This document shows positions 45,111-58,100 of a DNA stretch of 64,000 nt, piece after piece. Each line of letters opens with the position of its first letter. Position 1 is the first letter of the stretch. The translations under genes and the position numbers were made by a program. This DNA is from Prorocentrum cordatum. Lineage: Eukaryota. The notes beneath the pieces were generated by a model. That model was given only the letters and a program-made list of their open reading frames with translations. It did no database searches and was not told where the DNA came from. The stretch is taken from positions 434,001 to 498,000 of the forward strand of contig CAUYUJ010000303.1 in NCBI GenBank assembly GCA_963575745.1. Reading direction: 5' to 3'.

Positions 45111-47682
45111 AATGGCCCCCGGTAAGCCGGAGCGCCGTCGCTCTTCCAAGCAGCCGCCGAGCTCACGTCCTGCAGCTGAAGGGTCTCTCCTCCAACGCAA
45201 GCAGGACTGCATCGCAGCTTTCAAGCAAGCGGGGTCTGACCGCCCCACGGCCGCATACAACGGGCTCGCCGAGCTGAACGCGGACGAGCTGCAGGCCACG
45301 TACGACATGCACAAGACCAACACAAAGAAGCTCGGCAGTGCCTTGATCCGCATGTGTGCCGCCAACCAGATCAGCTACACGCTGGATCACCACCAGCGCA
45401 GCAAGCCTAAGCGCATTGGTGGTGACACATCACACCCACCAGCTGCGTCCGCACGTCTTCAGGCTGCGGACGCCCAATTCATTGCCTTGGACCCGGCCTT
45501 CTGGAAGGTCCCAGTCCTTGCCGAACCCACATCACTTGACGACGGCAAGACGTACAAGCCCAGTATCAGCCTCCACGACTACGAGAGCGGTGAACGGCTG
45601 CTGCAACACCACCTCGAGCAGGGTAAGCGTACCACGGGTCAGCTTGCGATTGCTGTCATGGGCCCAAAAAACGATAACTACGTCGGTACCGAGCTCGCCG
45701 TCCCCGTGCTGAAGCGTCACCCCAAGGCGCCCAAAGTGGTCCACACGCACGTCCCCGTGACCGTGTACCAGCTGGGCACCAAGGAAGTCGCCTGCACGGA
45801 AAAAGTAGCCGTCGCCACCATCGACCCTGCCGACCACGTATGCTGGATTCGGGCGACCATACATGAAACCGAGGCCATCGCCGCAGTCCCCTCCATGCAT
45901 CAGGCCTTCGAGGATCAGTTCTCGGGAGGTGCCCCCGTGAACGGTGGTCCACGCGCCAAGGGTCCTTTCCGAAGGGACTCCGCTCCACAGGACAAGGCGC
46001 GCCAAAACCAAAAGCACAGGGAGTCCAAGAAAGACGCTCGCCGCCAGGAGCTCGATAGTCAGCTCCAGGACACCTTCAAGGCCCTCTTCCACGGCAACTT
46101 TAAAGCCGTCACCATCCTCGAACCCTGCAAAAGCCTAGGCAGGTATGGATCGGGCGTCGGAAAGAGGTCCCTGGCTGCCACCTTCGGCGTCAGTCTTCAA
46201 GCGGTTGACAAGGTCTTGGCGGGTTCAGGGCAACTCGGCGCCACCTACGACCTCAGCAACGTAGGTGCAGACGAGCCCACTGCAGACAAGTACCAGACCG
46301 TGTGGTTCCCTGAGGACCAGCCCATCACGATGGCAGATGCGTTCCAGAAGTCGGTGGATTTCAAGGCCCTTGGAGTCGTCAGGCACGGCAAGTCAGGCTT
46401 ATTGGGGATCCGTGTTGCACGAGGGTCAGACGCCGCCAAGGCTGCTGCCGTCAGCATCCGTGGCTGCGAAGCCACCCTCGCCAAGACGCGATACCGCATC
46501 ACTGGCATTGCGGCACGCCACGCCACGCTGACCCAGTTCGCTAAGACTCTCACGGGCCCGTCCGTCAAATGGGACTGTGAGGTCTACCACACCGCCTGGG
46601 ACCCAGCCACTTCGGCTCAGTTTGCCTTAGTGCGCGCCCATCGTCCCCCACCCACATATACGGTACAGGTCGCAGGGTGCCCCATCCCGTGGAGCATCAC
46701 CGAGGCCCCGTTGGCTGAGGTGGTGCCGAAGAGGGACAACGTTACCATTGTCACCCCTACCACTATCACAGAGCCTGTGACGCCGCCAGCCCGTGGTGGC
46801 GGCTTCAGCCCCGCCACTGGCACACTACTCACCAAAGCGGCCCAGAGCCCTTACCTCCACGACCTCATGACTGCCACGCCCAAAGGCAAGGGCGTCGCAC
46901 CGCTCCTGATCCCCAAGGAGGAGCCTTTAGCCAAGCGCCACCGATCCTCCAGTGGGAAACGCGACGCCACGCCGCACGCAAGATCACACGGCGCCCCAGG
47001 CCGCAGCTCCTCTGCACCCCCGCACGGCACGGATGGAGCTGCCGAGCAGACGGCCGTCCAAGGATCAGGTGGTCATGACCCGCAGCTTGGCACGGTGGCG
47101 GCTGAAGGCGGGGGCCACACGGAAGGGGACGCTGCCACAGCCGCCGAGGTACCAGGCGACGCTGACGACGTCGAGATCCTCTCATCAGGTGATGAATTCA
47201 GCGTGGCATCTCGCGAACTCAACACCTTCGGGGAACGCTTCGCAACGGCCCCTAAACTGCCAGATGCCGCCACGACCCGCATCCAACACATGGAACAACA
47301 GCACGAGCTGCTTGCCAACACGGTGGATAACATGCAGGTTCAGCTTGCGGGCGTTCTCTCATCCCAGGCCACACTCACGGAGCACGTTTCAGGTTTGGAA
47401 CGAGGGCTTGCCACCGTCGTCACCCAGCAACAGACGGCAAACACCGAAGCTGCTGCACTGCGTGGCGACATCCAGGCCCTCCTCGGGCACCTCACGGGGG
47501 GCACCATCCACCTGCCACAGGTGGCCACTCTCGAAACAAAAAAGGAGGAAGCTGCATCAGTTGCCGATCCCGTGGCTGTCTGCGGGTGGATCGACCAGCC
47601 AGGCCAGGTCACCCCAGGGACGGGGCCCCCAGGGGCTGACAAAGGCAAAGACAAGGGTCGGGTCACTCAGGAACCCTATTGA
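45111..47682 (+). CDS. LINE-B ORF1-like protein
   Basis: Intact ~856-aa ORF at the 5' end of the element. It has a globular alpha/beta centre (TVWF..LGVVR..LGIRV..YRITGI) and a C-terminal heptad coiled coil (IQHMEQQHELLANTVDNMQVQL). Confidence 0.65.
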
Positions 47683-47856
47683 AGGTGCCTCAGAGAGCCT
47701 GCCTCAGCCCTCCGAGGAAGCGCCTTCAGAGGCATCTCTTCTCTCTTCGCGTCGTATCTCTTTCTTGTCATATCATGTCAGTTTTGGCAGCAGCACGTGC
47801 AAGCTATCTGGTGTAGGGACACCCGTCATCTTGCAGGGGGAGTGATTGTTGCAATG

Positions 47857-50800
47857 TACATGAGCATGCAGGGGTATCTGAGGATGCGTGCTGACATGCA
47901 GCTTTTGGCTCATCGCTCGCGCCGCCCGCCAGGCCTCGCCATCATGTGGCGCCTTGCCTGCAGCCTGGCCCTCCCCTCGCTCGCTGGAGCACACCCGTCT
48001 TCAGGCGGTGCGCCCCAGCATGGAGGTGAGGTTTTCCTGCGACACGCTGAACGTGGGACTCTTTTCTACCTTTACGATGACAGCATCTACAAGTACGATC
48101 ACTGCACCATTTTGGACCCGATCGTGAACAGCACCGTAGCCGCGGGTCCGTGCGGCAACGGACCGCTGGGCGCCATCGTGAGCGCATGCACGCCCTTGTC
48201 AACTACGACACATGCATCGAAATCCACCCCCAGCGTGGCCTCGACTGCGGTGCAGCAGATCTTTGACGGGGACGTTGATATAGGCCAGGCACACAGTGGC
48301 GGCTTCAGCCCCGCTGTCGTGCCCCGCTATTGCCCCACGGGTCTCACCACCCCCTGTGCGCTAGGGGCGAACCCGAGGAGGACCCTGCTTTCTGGCACCT
48401 GATGATGATCCGTGCCCGGCTCATACCGTGTGCTGCGGCGTGGGCACCAGGTGAGGACCACCAGGACGTGTTCTGGGCATGGCTCGAGGACTGCGTCCCG
48501 TACATCCTGGCGACGCTTCATCTGCCACAGTACGATCACCTCTTCCAGGAGGATTCTGAGGACACAACCGACGCCCTGCGCCAGCTCACTGCGCTCGACA
48601 TGTGCGAGGACATCTGGTATAGAGCGGGCCTCGACAGACAGCGCACAAACCGCAACCTCACTCTTATCCAAGGCAGCCGCGAGTATTCCACCCGTTACTT
48701 TGGCCTCCTTCTGGAATACCAGGGTGCTCGTGCCCAGCTTGTCGGCCCTGAAGCTTTCACGGCACCTTTGCCGCCATACCTCTCACGGGCCCACGCCTTA
48801 CTACCAAGAGGCCTTCCCCCACCCGACCAAGACGCCCTGGCGTACCTCGCCGATGCGATCCTGCACCACCCGACAGACATGCAGCCGCTTGTGGAGGCGG
48901 AGCTCGCCGCGGCACCGATGGAACCGCTTAACCCACCACCGCCAGCTGGCCTCGCCCAGCACGCCACGGGTGATCAGGCCGCAGACGACCCCGTACCATG
49001 GTTGCCTCAGCACATCGCGGCCAGCGACATCAGCGACACACCCCTCGACTCATTCCATGCGTCGGACGATATCAGCAACATATCCCTGGGCTCGGTCCAC
49101 GTGGACGATAGCCAGGACGACATGGAAACCCAGGATCGCAACGGCACAACACCACCAGGCGACACGGCCCAGCGTGACAGCGACAGTGAACCCTACTTAG
49201 GGCACACCTCGTCGCACAGCAGTCCGCCCAACAACTCGGCTCAGGCCGACCCCTGCGCACAGCTCAACGACGCTGAAGGCGTCACTGCCGCCGACGCGAC
49301 AAGCCATTCCACTGCATCGCCAGCTCATGCCAGCCCGTGCAGTGGCGGCTTCAGCCCCGCTGCAGCACTGGCTAGACCTGGACATCCCCAGACCGCAGGT
49401 GGCAGCACCACGCCCTTCACCTCTGTACACCGTGACAACGTGACTGACTCCAACCCCAGTGTCATTGGCCACTGGCAGGCCGACATCGACAACGACCCCA
49501 TCGATGATGAGTACCCAGATGCCAGCGGTTCCCACGAGCCCCAGCACAGCGCAGCGGCATCACGACATTGTGGCTGCCTCATCTGCCTCTTTGTGGCCAC
49601 GTACGCCATCGTGATAGCAATGCCGTACAAGGACCAGATCGATGGGTACTTGCCGACACCGAGCCGAGACCCCAGCGACCGACAACGACGACGACGCAAA
49701 GCGACGGCACCAGGCCCATCTGTGCCCACCACACCCCGACGCACAACGACATACAACGTCACGTCCGCATTGTGGGCCACTCTCAAATGGACTAGCGTCA
49801 AACTCAGAGATAGCGTCTCGGGCGGAGCCACCGCAGTCGGGGTCGGCCTCGGGGGCGTCCTGAAATGGGCCAGCGGCAAGCTCGGGGCTATTGCCACGGG
49901 TGGAGTCGTGTGTGGTCTTCTACTCGTCGGTGCCAAACTTCTTGCCCAAGGAGCTGTCGGACACGTAGGAGCCCGCATCTGTGCGCGGGCCCTGGACTCA
50001 TCCACAGCCCAGTGGTGCCTCCGCTGTTGCCAACCGAGCAGGAGGCCGCGTGATGAGGCCACATACACAATGCCGTGCACGCTCGCCGACGAACACGACG
50101 ACCAGCACGTGCACGCACTCCGACATCCGCAGCTGCAGGAACACTACGCCGCAGCAGTTGCCGCCGCAGTCGCCGATGTCACTACCGCCACCACCGCCGC
50201 CATCGTCGAAGTCACTGCCGCCGTATCGCGAGCCTCGTCTGTCACACCAAGATCGACCAGCCCGTCTCCGCGAGACGGCTCCAAAAGCGGCGCGGCATAC
50301 GGTAACCTACCGACTAACGAGGATGCCACAGCACACGGCAGCGACACCGAGGCAAGGGAAACACGTGAGTGCACCCACGATAGCCCGTGGTCCATCTTCC
50401 GACACGCTGATGCTCGTGGTTCCTCTCCCGACGCGGACACCCAACCACCACGACGGCGAGCGCGCTATGCATCACCCCACAGGCCCCAGGCGCCTTCAGG
50501 CCCTGGTATGCCTTACACAGCCCTCAAGCCACCGACACGCAACTTACGCAACACTATCCAGCGCGACCCAGCGGTCCCCGTGCCGCCGAAGAGCATACTT
50601 AACGCCCTGTATCAAAACGGCTTTGCGCTTGGTAACAGTGGCGTGTCTACAGAGGACATCAAAGACGCTCTGCGACTCCACGACCATCCTCGATTTACAC
50701 ATGATCCAATACTCCAAGCGCTGGGGCCGTGGACGGACATCATGCAGAGGCCCCCGAACCGCCTCACTTGGGTGCTCGAAGACTCGGGCGGAAACTCAGG

Positions 50801-53800
50801 CGAGACAATCTTCCCATACCTCACGTGGGACCTCCGCCAACCCACCACCGACGCGCCCACTGTCTTCTGGCATGGGACCCGCGGCGACCTTGCGGCCCGT
50901 CTTGCTGCCAGTGGAGGGCACCTCTTGCAGGTCCCCGCCGTGAAGCGAAGGGCCGAACTGGCACCAACGTTGGCCGCACGTACGCGAGCGTGCACCCTTC
51001 GCTGGCCGCGTGGTACGCAATGCCGCCCCACCCGCCCTACAGTCTCGAAGACGACACCCTCGCGTGGGGACCCATCGCACTCTGGATGTGCGAGGCCACC
51101 CAACCACCGCGCGGGGAAAACAGGCACAACTTCGTGAAAGGGGAGGCCCACGGAGCGCGCCTCATTTACCCTCGGGCCCTGAGCCTCCTCATCCGCATGG
51201 ACTGGTGCGCCCCCACAGAAGCTGCTTCCAGGTGCCGTGCCCTACCACACGCCTATTGCATGGGCGACTGCGCGCACGCCCTTCACATCGCTGGCTACGA
51301 TCATCCAGATCTCCGTGAGGCGGCTGAAGCTCACGACCAGGAAGCTAGCACCAGGCGCAGAACAGCCATCGCGGCAGCGTGGCCACCGCCGCAGGCACTT
51401 TTTTTGGTTTTCTTTTTTTTATTTTTTTTTTTCTTTACTTTTATTTTTTTTTTATTTTTTTTTATTTTTTTTTTCTTTTTTTTTTTCTTGTTTTTTCGTT
51501 TTTTTTTTTTTTTTTTTTTATTATTTTACTCGCCAGAGGCAGCGCGAGTATGGGCCAAACAGCACTACGACACGGAAGCAGCCACCAGTGATGACCCTAA
51601 CCAGCCCCGCCCACGCGTCTCGCTTCACATGCTCCAGCTGGACCCGAAACCACTCATCGACCTGGTGTACACTGGCTTGCAAGCTGTCCCCGTGCGGGGG
51701 CACCCTGACGCACGCGGGTCGCGCCCCAGCGGCTCCAGCCCTGGGGCCGCGTCTGGCCCACCACGCACTTACAAGTCAGGCACAGCCCTGGCGCACAGTC
51801 CTGACCGCTCATCGACGTCATCAGGAGCCGACGAACGCCGCACGCCTTCCCTCATCAGTGCGGCCGCCGCCCTCGCCCGAGGCCGTGCCCGCCCACGGCG
51901 ATCTGCCTCTCGCTCGTCACGACAGAGTGGCGGAAATTCCACCTCAGACAACAGTGGCTTCGAGACGTGGGAGCACATTGAGACGGAAGAGGAGCCGACT
52001 GCCTACCACGTCCTCGCCTACCACGTCCGTGATGTGCGGACCCGTGTCAATGCCCCTGGCATCGAGGTCTGGCTTGACCCTGGTGATCACCACGACGGCG
52101 CCTACTTACCGTGGGGGACGACAGTCATGGGCCACCGCGTTATAGACCCTGCGGTAGCGGGGCGGGACGGCTGGGTCATCCTCCACCACGACCACGGCGA
52201 CACCACTACTAAGCTCTGGGCACCGACCCAAGTCCACGTCAAGGCGGACGACACCTGGCGCACCGTCATGGTACCAGCGGACATGGGGCCCCAGTGGATC
52301 AGGTGCCGCGCCGAGGACGCTCGCCTCCCCGCCGAGGTTGTCCGCACTACAGGCCAATCCTGGTTTGCTGACGTCTGGCCCTTGTGGGATCGCCCGCGAC
52401 CCCACCCAGACGACCCAGGCGCTCCCGCCTCTACCAGGACGCTGGTCTTGCCTTCAGTGTCGATTCCAATGCTGTCAGTACTGTGCGGCTCGCCGCAACA
52501 CGCAGCTCGGCACCTCGGGCCAACCAACGTGCCCAGACTGCGCCCGCAGCGGACTGCGTACACTTATGGACTGGTCCACGGACTACTCGTGCAACAGTTG
52601 GACGTGTGCATACAGCACCAACAACAGGGACTCCGACACATGCTGCCTGTCCAGCAGGTGCCCCCATCCCCCCCGTCCACACAGCCTGCTCGACGTCCGT
52701 GCCACAGGGATGCCGCCGCACATCCTTGCCCGCCAATTCGGCAACGCGCCAGCCCTCCACGACCTTAAGGAACCCCCCGAGCGCCTTCAGGCCCCGGGGG
52801 GGAACCTCCACAACCAGGGCAAGCAGGTTACCAGGGTCAATGGTACTTCCCACCGCAGCCGCGGCGCGTCCCCAGGCAGGGACTGCCTGACGGCACAAGG
52901 CGGCCACCTGGGTTCACAGGAACGGGGATGCCCGAAGAACCTTTCCCCGACCAACCTCTTTGGAGGGAAGGCTACGTGCTCTTCAGCCCCCACAAGGCCC
53001 TCAAGGAGGAATTCACCTTCAACAAAACGGTCCGCCGACCCTACTCCCTAGCCATCACCAACATGTACAGGGACCGTGTCACGGTCAGGACCGTCTGCGA
53101 GTCGATCGCCGAGCGCATCCACACTACCCGCACCCGGTGGCGAGATGTGGTACTGTACTGGGACGCCGAGGGTGGCCCTGGGCCACAAGCCCTCGACTAC
53201 GACATGCGACTCTGCGACGCCATGGTGAGCCGTGCCACGACCGAAGCCGAGCTAAACCACGACCGCAGCAACCGTGGTAGTTTCTGCCTCTATGGGCCAG
53301 CGCACCAGCGAGCTGTCAACATCACGGCGATCTCCGAGCCGCAGAACATCGACTACATGGAGCATGTGCGGCGATACTCACCCGTAGGGGGGACCTACCC
53401 TGACCACGCCTTCGAGCACGTCTATCGGGGCTGGCAGCGGCCCGACGTGCCACCATCCTCCCCGACACCCGTCCCCTCTCGAGAGCCGACTGGCAGCGAC
53501 ACCAACAGCACCAGCAGCGCATTCAGCAGCGCGACCCACGTGACGCAGGACAGCAGGGCACGCCACGCTACCGCTCTCCCGCGCGAGTCCCGACAGGCGG
53601 TAACACGGCCTACGACGGGGTTGCCGCCTACTACCGTGGCACCATAGGTGCCAGGCCCGCGGCTGCTGGAGCAGCCGCCTCCAGCTACGGCCACGCCCCC
53701 CACGCCAGGGTACACCCAGCGGTCATCGGCTACCCGCGTGCACCCGTGCAGGCCCTCCCAAGGGCCACCTCGCCAGTGCCAGGGTCCACGCGCGCCTGGG

Positions 53801-54834
53801 GCCTTTACTCAGGCCGACATGATGGCACCTCCAGAAACCAGCCCGCAGTGATAACCCCTGCGGCTTCAGCCCAGGGGGCTGCAACAAACCGTGGCAGGGC
53901 TGGGCGCCCCGAAGGATGGCGTGATGCGAACGTTCGCGCTTGGCAACCTCGCCAGCACACGCCCCCGCCAAACGTGGCTGCAGCACTGCGCCCTGCCCAG
54001 GCAAAACCTGCCCCACCTGAGCGGGAGAGGCAGCCGCTTACCCCGCTCGTCCTCACGCACATCCAGGCGCATCACAGCGCCTCCCCGCGGCACAGCGAGG
54101 GAATCGCCCACCACGTCAGCCCCCGCCCCGACGCTGTCGACCCTGACCAGGCCACAGCCACGGCGGAGGGCGGCACAAGCGCCTCTCGCCAGCCCAGCCC
54201 ATCACCCTGCGCGGCGCCGATCCGATCCCCGAGCAGGGCGGATTCCGAGCGCGCTAATGCCCAGGCGACCTCGCCACGCGCCCGCCACACGGGCGGGCGC
54301 GTCCCGCGCAGCAGGTCCTGCAGCCGCCACAGCTCACGCAAGGCCCCAGGGAGCTCCACGAGCTCGCCGCCTCGCGAGACTCAGTCTGATGGCCGAGCCC
54401 CCGAAGTGGTGCCACGCTTCGGTGCCAGCGTCATCGAACCTGGCCAGGTCGACCTCGAGCCGACGCCGTCCACGGACCACGAGCCGCCGCTGCCCACCCG
54501 CGTGATCGTCCCCATCGACGAGGCGCCAACCTTCGACCCGTTCAAGAACAAGTACCGTGTCAAGAACCTTGTGGCGGTTTTCGGCGGGGGCTCACCGCTC
54601 TCACCTCAGAGTCGGGGCGGAGCCCCCGCCACCTCGGCTGCTGCGGCAGCGGCGGCCCCGCGGGGAATCAGCCCTGTCCGCAACGTGGGCCTCACGGCAG
54701 CGGGCATGGACGAGGCCCAGCGCCAGGCCTCCGACCGTTCTGCTGGAGCTGTTCCACCAGATGCTGCTCATCAAGATACTGACGGGGCGGGCGCGCCACC
54801 GCAGGACGGACCAGCGGTGTCGCGTGCGCAGTAA
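47857..54834 (+). pseudogene. Extra coding region of LINE-B: chain of + strand frames broken by frameshifts/stops, with hydrophobic segments and an ART-like domain
   Basis: Abutting or overlapping ORFs 47797-48402, 48330-51137, 50729-52768, 52928-53647 and 53746-54834, all non-repetitive. Confidence 0.55.
50855..51205 (+). other. ADP-ribosyltransferase (PARP-like, H-Y clade) domain, frameshifted at ~50925
   Basis: VFWHGT (His codon at 50871) ..GG.L / LAGP..GRTYASVHPSLAAWYA (Tyr codons at 50981 and 51014), then beta-strand-like IALWMCEA and LIYP. Confidence 0.55.
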
Positions 54835-55112
54835 ATGCGCGTGCGTTGTGCCGCTGCCGCGCCTAGCCGCCGCCGCTGGTTCGCTTTTGCTTTTGTGTTC
54901 GGCAGGACGGATCGAGGAGTCGCCTCCCTCTCCCTCTGCTGCCGTCTCACCTCTCCTCCCCTCGTCCCCTATGGTACAGGAGTGAGGAGGATTTTTCGAG
55001 ACAGTTTTACTGACGTTTATGAACCCCCCCTGGCGCAGTGCCGACCATGTCTCGCCTATACTTCTGGCCTGACGGCGGCTTCAGCCCCGGTCAAGCTAAT
55101 CCATAGGAACGC

Positions 55113-58100
55113 CATGAGCTCCTACTGTGGCCAAGCCTTCTACCTGGGCGAGGGTCAGGCTGACCTACACCGTGCGGGGCGTGCAAACCCCAGCTCCACC
55201 GATGGAGACGGGCCAGGTCGCTCCATACACCTCGTCAGTCTAAACATCACCAGTCTCTCAGCGAATTGGCCAACCATCACCGCTCTTGGTGTCGACCACA
55301 ACGCCGCAGTCATTGCACTACAGGAGACCCGACATGCCAAGCCGCCCAGACAAGCCATCGCTACCAGCGCCGCCAATCCACACCACGGGGGATACCACGC
55401 CAGTCTTGGACCTGACCTGGATCTGGCGCGAGCCCAGCGCAGAGATGCCCACGGCGGCACAGACCACACCGTCGTGGGCAACACTGGCGCCTCGGGAGGG
55501 GTCGCCATCCTCTCTAAGGATGCCATTGTCGACTCCACTGTCGACGACAATGCGCCCTGTATCGTCGCCCTCAAGGCCAAGAAAAGATGGCGCGAGGTCT
55601 TTCTCCCGCTCTGCACTCAACACCGCCGCAGGCGGCGACGAAACAACCACGGGCCCGCGGGGATCTACATAGCGAGCCTCTACGGGAATGCTGGAGGAGA
55701 CAGCACAGCTCTTTTTCGGCTCGCTGACTGCGCCGCCGCTAGGGTCGGCTCAGCCCCCTACTTCATCTGCATGGACGCCAATACGAACATCGACGACAAT
55801 CCACACCTTCTGCACATGTTGCAGCACGGATGGTTCAACGTCGCTGAGGGCACACCAGACCACACCATGCACACATACGGCAATATCCCCGACTGGGACC
55901 GCGTCACCAAGTGCCCCCGCACTTCGCGCATCGACTATATCATTGCCAACCAAGCGGCGCGATCCCTTGTCACCGACTTCTGCTATCTACGCGACTTGCC
56001 AGCGAAGTCTCATGTTGGCCTGCAGGTCACGCTTGACCTCAGTCGCCTCGACCATACGGCCCGACGTCTTCTTGCCCCCACGCCCTACCCTCCCAACGAT
56101 GGAGCTCATGAGGGTCACGAACTGCAGGCACTAGGGACCCTTATCGCTGGGCGATATCAGGACCGCATGGAACAGGCCGACACACGCGACGACGTGGAAC
56201 GCATGTTCGCCCTGGCTAACGAGGCCAGTCATGAGTACCATCTCACCCGTCTGCGGGACCTGCCACCTCCACCGCCCGACCACCCAAAAAAGAAGCCCCC
56301 CACCATGCACGGGCTCACGCCCACGTTCGAAGAGCGACCAGTCGTCCCCCGCGCCTTCCCCACCTACGGAGCTTCCACGATACACATGAACCGACTGCGC
56401 AAGCTCCATCGGCAACTCTGTGAGCTTCGTTTCATCGGACAGCACCATCATTTAGATTGCCGTGCCATCCCGCCGTACCTTGCGCAGCGCATCGACTGCA
56501 CGTGGACCGCGGCCCGCCTCCTATGCCACAAGCTGCGCCCCACGGTTCTCCTTGACTTTCCCGAGGCCTGGACCCCCGACGAGCCAGCACCTCACGGAGA
56601 GCATCTTGACGTTTTGATCCAACACCTCGACTTAGAGCTGGCGCGACGTGCGAACCGTGCCAAAGCTGAACGCATCAAGATATGGGCTGAGGGCGTCCGC
56701 GAGCCAAGCGGGCGAAAGGCGGCCATATACGCACGGGCTGCTGACAGCTCGCCACGGCGTATCTCCGCACGCCTACCACACCTGACGATACGCAACTCCA
56801 CTGCGACACCAACGCCTTTAAACCTGACGAAGCTAGCACGGACGACAGCGACGCTGACACCGAAGCTGGCGGCTTCAGCCCCAGCGACGGTAGTTCGCCC
56901 GACACGGACAACGACGAAGACCACACTCGTGAACCACCACCTGCGCAAGTCCCCGACATTCTCCCTGCCAACGCCATTGTTGCTAACACCAAAGACATGC
57001 TTAAGCTCATGGTCGACACTTGGGAGCCCATCTTGGGCAGGTACCGTGCCCGTGCTGGACATGACGCCGAAGCCATGCCGACGTGGGCTGACTTCTACGA
57101 CGAGTACCGACAAGAGCTGCCGACGCCATCACCAGCTACCCCTTTCCACCTCACCGACGACCAACTCATCCACTTTATTCGCACCCGTTCACCGCGCCGT
57201 GCGGGGGGACTGGACGGCTGGACTACTAAGGAGGCTAAGGAGTTACCCGACGACATCCTTCGCCTCTTCGCCAGCGTCTTACGCGCTATGCAACGCACTG
57301 GCACCATCCCAGAACCCCTCCTTCATGTGCCAAGCCCGTGCCTCCGAAAAGGCCGAGGCGAACTCCCAACGGACCAACGACTTCTCTCGGTGCTTTCCGT
57401 TTGGATGTATGCGTGGGAAGCGCCAGCTTACCGCAGCCTCACGGACTGTCGGAAAGGATGGACCCACGCCACGAGTTTTGGCGCTGTCCCCAAAGCTACC
57501 ATTGGGGACGTCAGCACCTCTCTTGCCCTGCGCATCGAACACGCCAGGGCCTTACTCCTTCCCTTAGCTGGGGCTGCCCTTGACCGACAGAAGTGTTTCG
57601 ACTACCTCATCACGGACATCTGCCTTAACCTTGCGCTTCACGCGGGGTGCCCCAAGACATCGTTACTGTCCGCAGAAACTTCTACAGTCGCCACAAACGC
57701 TACATCCGCATGAACGGTGCGTACTCCAAGGAACTGGCCAGGACTAACGGTCACCTCCAGGGAAGCTCTTGGTCCCTGGACGACATTAAGCTGCTCATGT
57801 GTGTGTGGACCAAGAGACAGCATCGATACGTTCCGCGATCACTCAGCACTACCTTTGTTGACGACAGCAACTCCACTACTCACACCGCGCCTGAGTTGCA
57901 GAAATCTCTTGATGAAACCGCCAAGTTTGATCGATTTTCAGGTCAACGCATTCACCCTGGCAAGGTGGCGGGGTGGGCGCTCACCGACGAGCTTCACGCC
58001 GCCGTTACCCAGCTCACTCTGGCGGAACGGCCCTTACGCGTGGTCGACTCCTTCAAGCTCGTCGGGAGTTACATCAACGCCGAGGCAGCGCCGGCTCCAG

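Noticed and set aside
55165..55220. 2A/StopGo-like motif before the LINE-B endonuclease (RAGRANPSS)
   Set aside because: Lacks the NPGP core; the resemblance is too weak.
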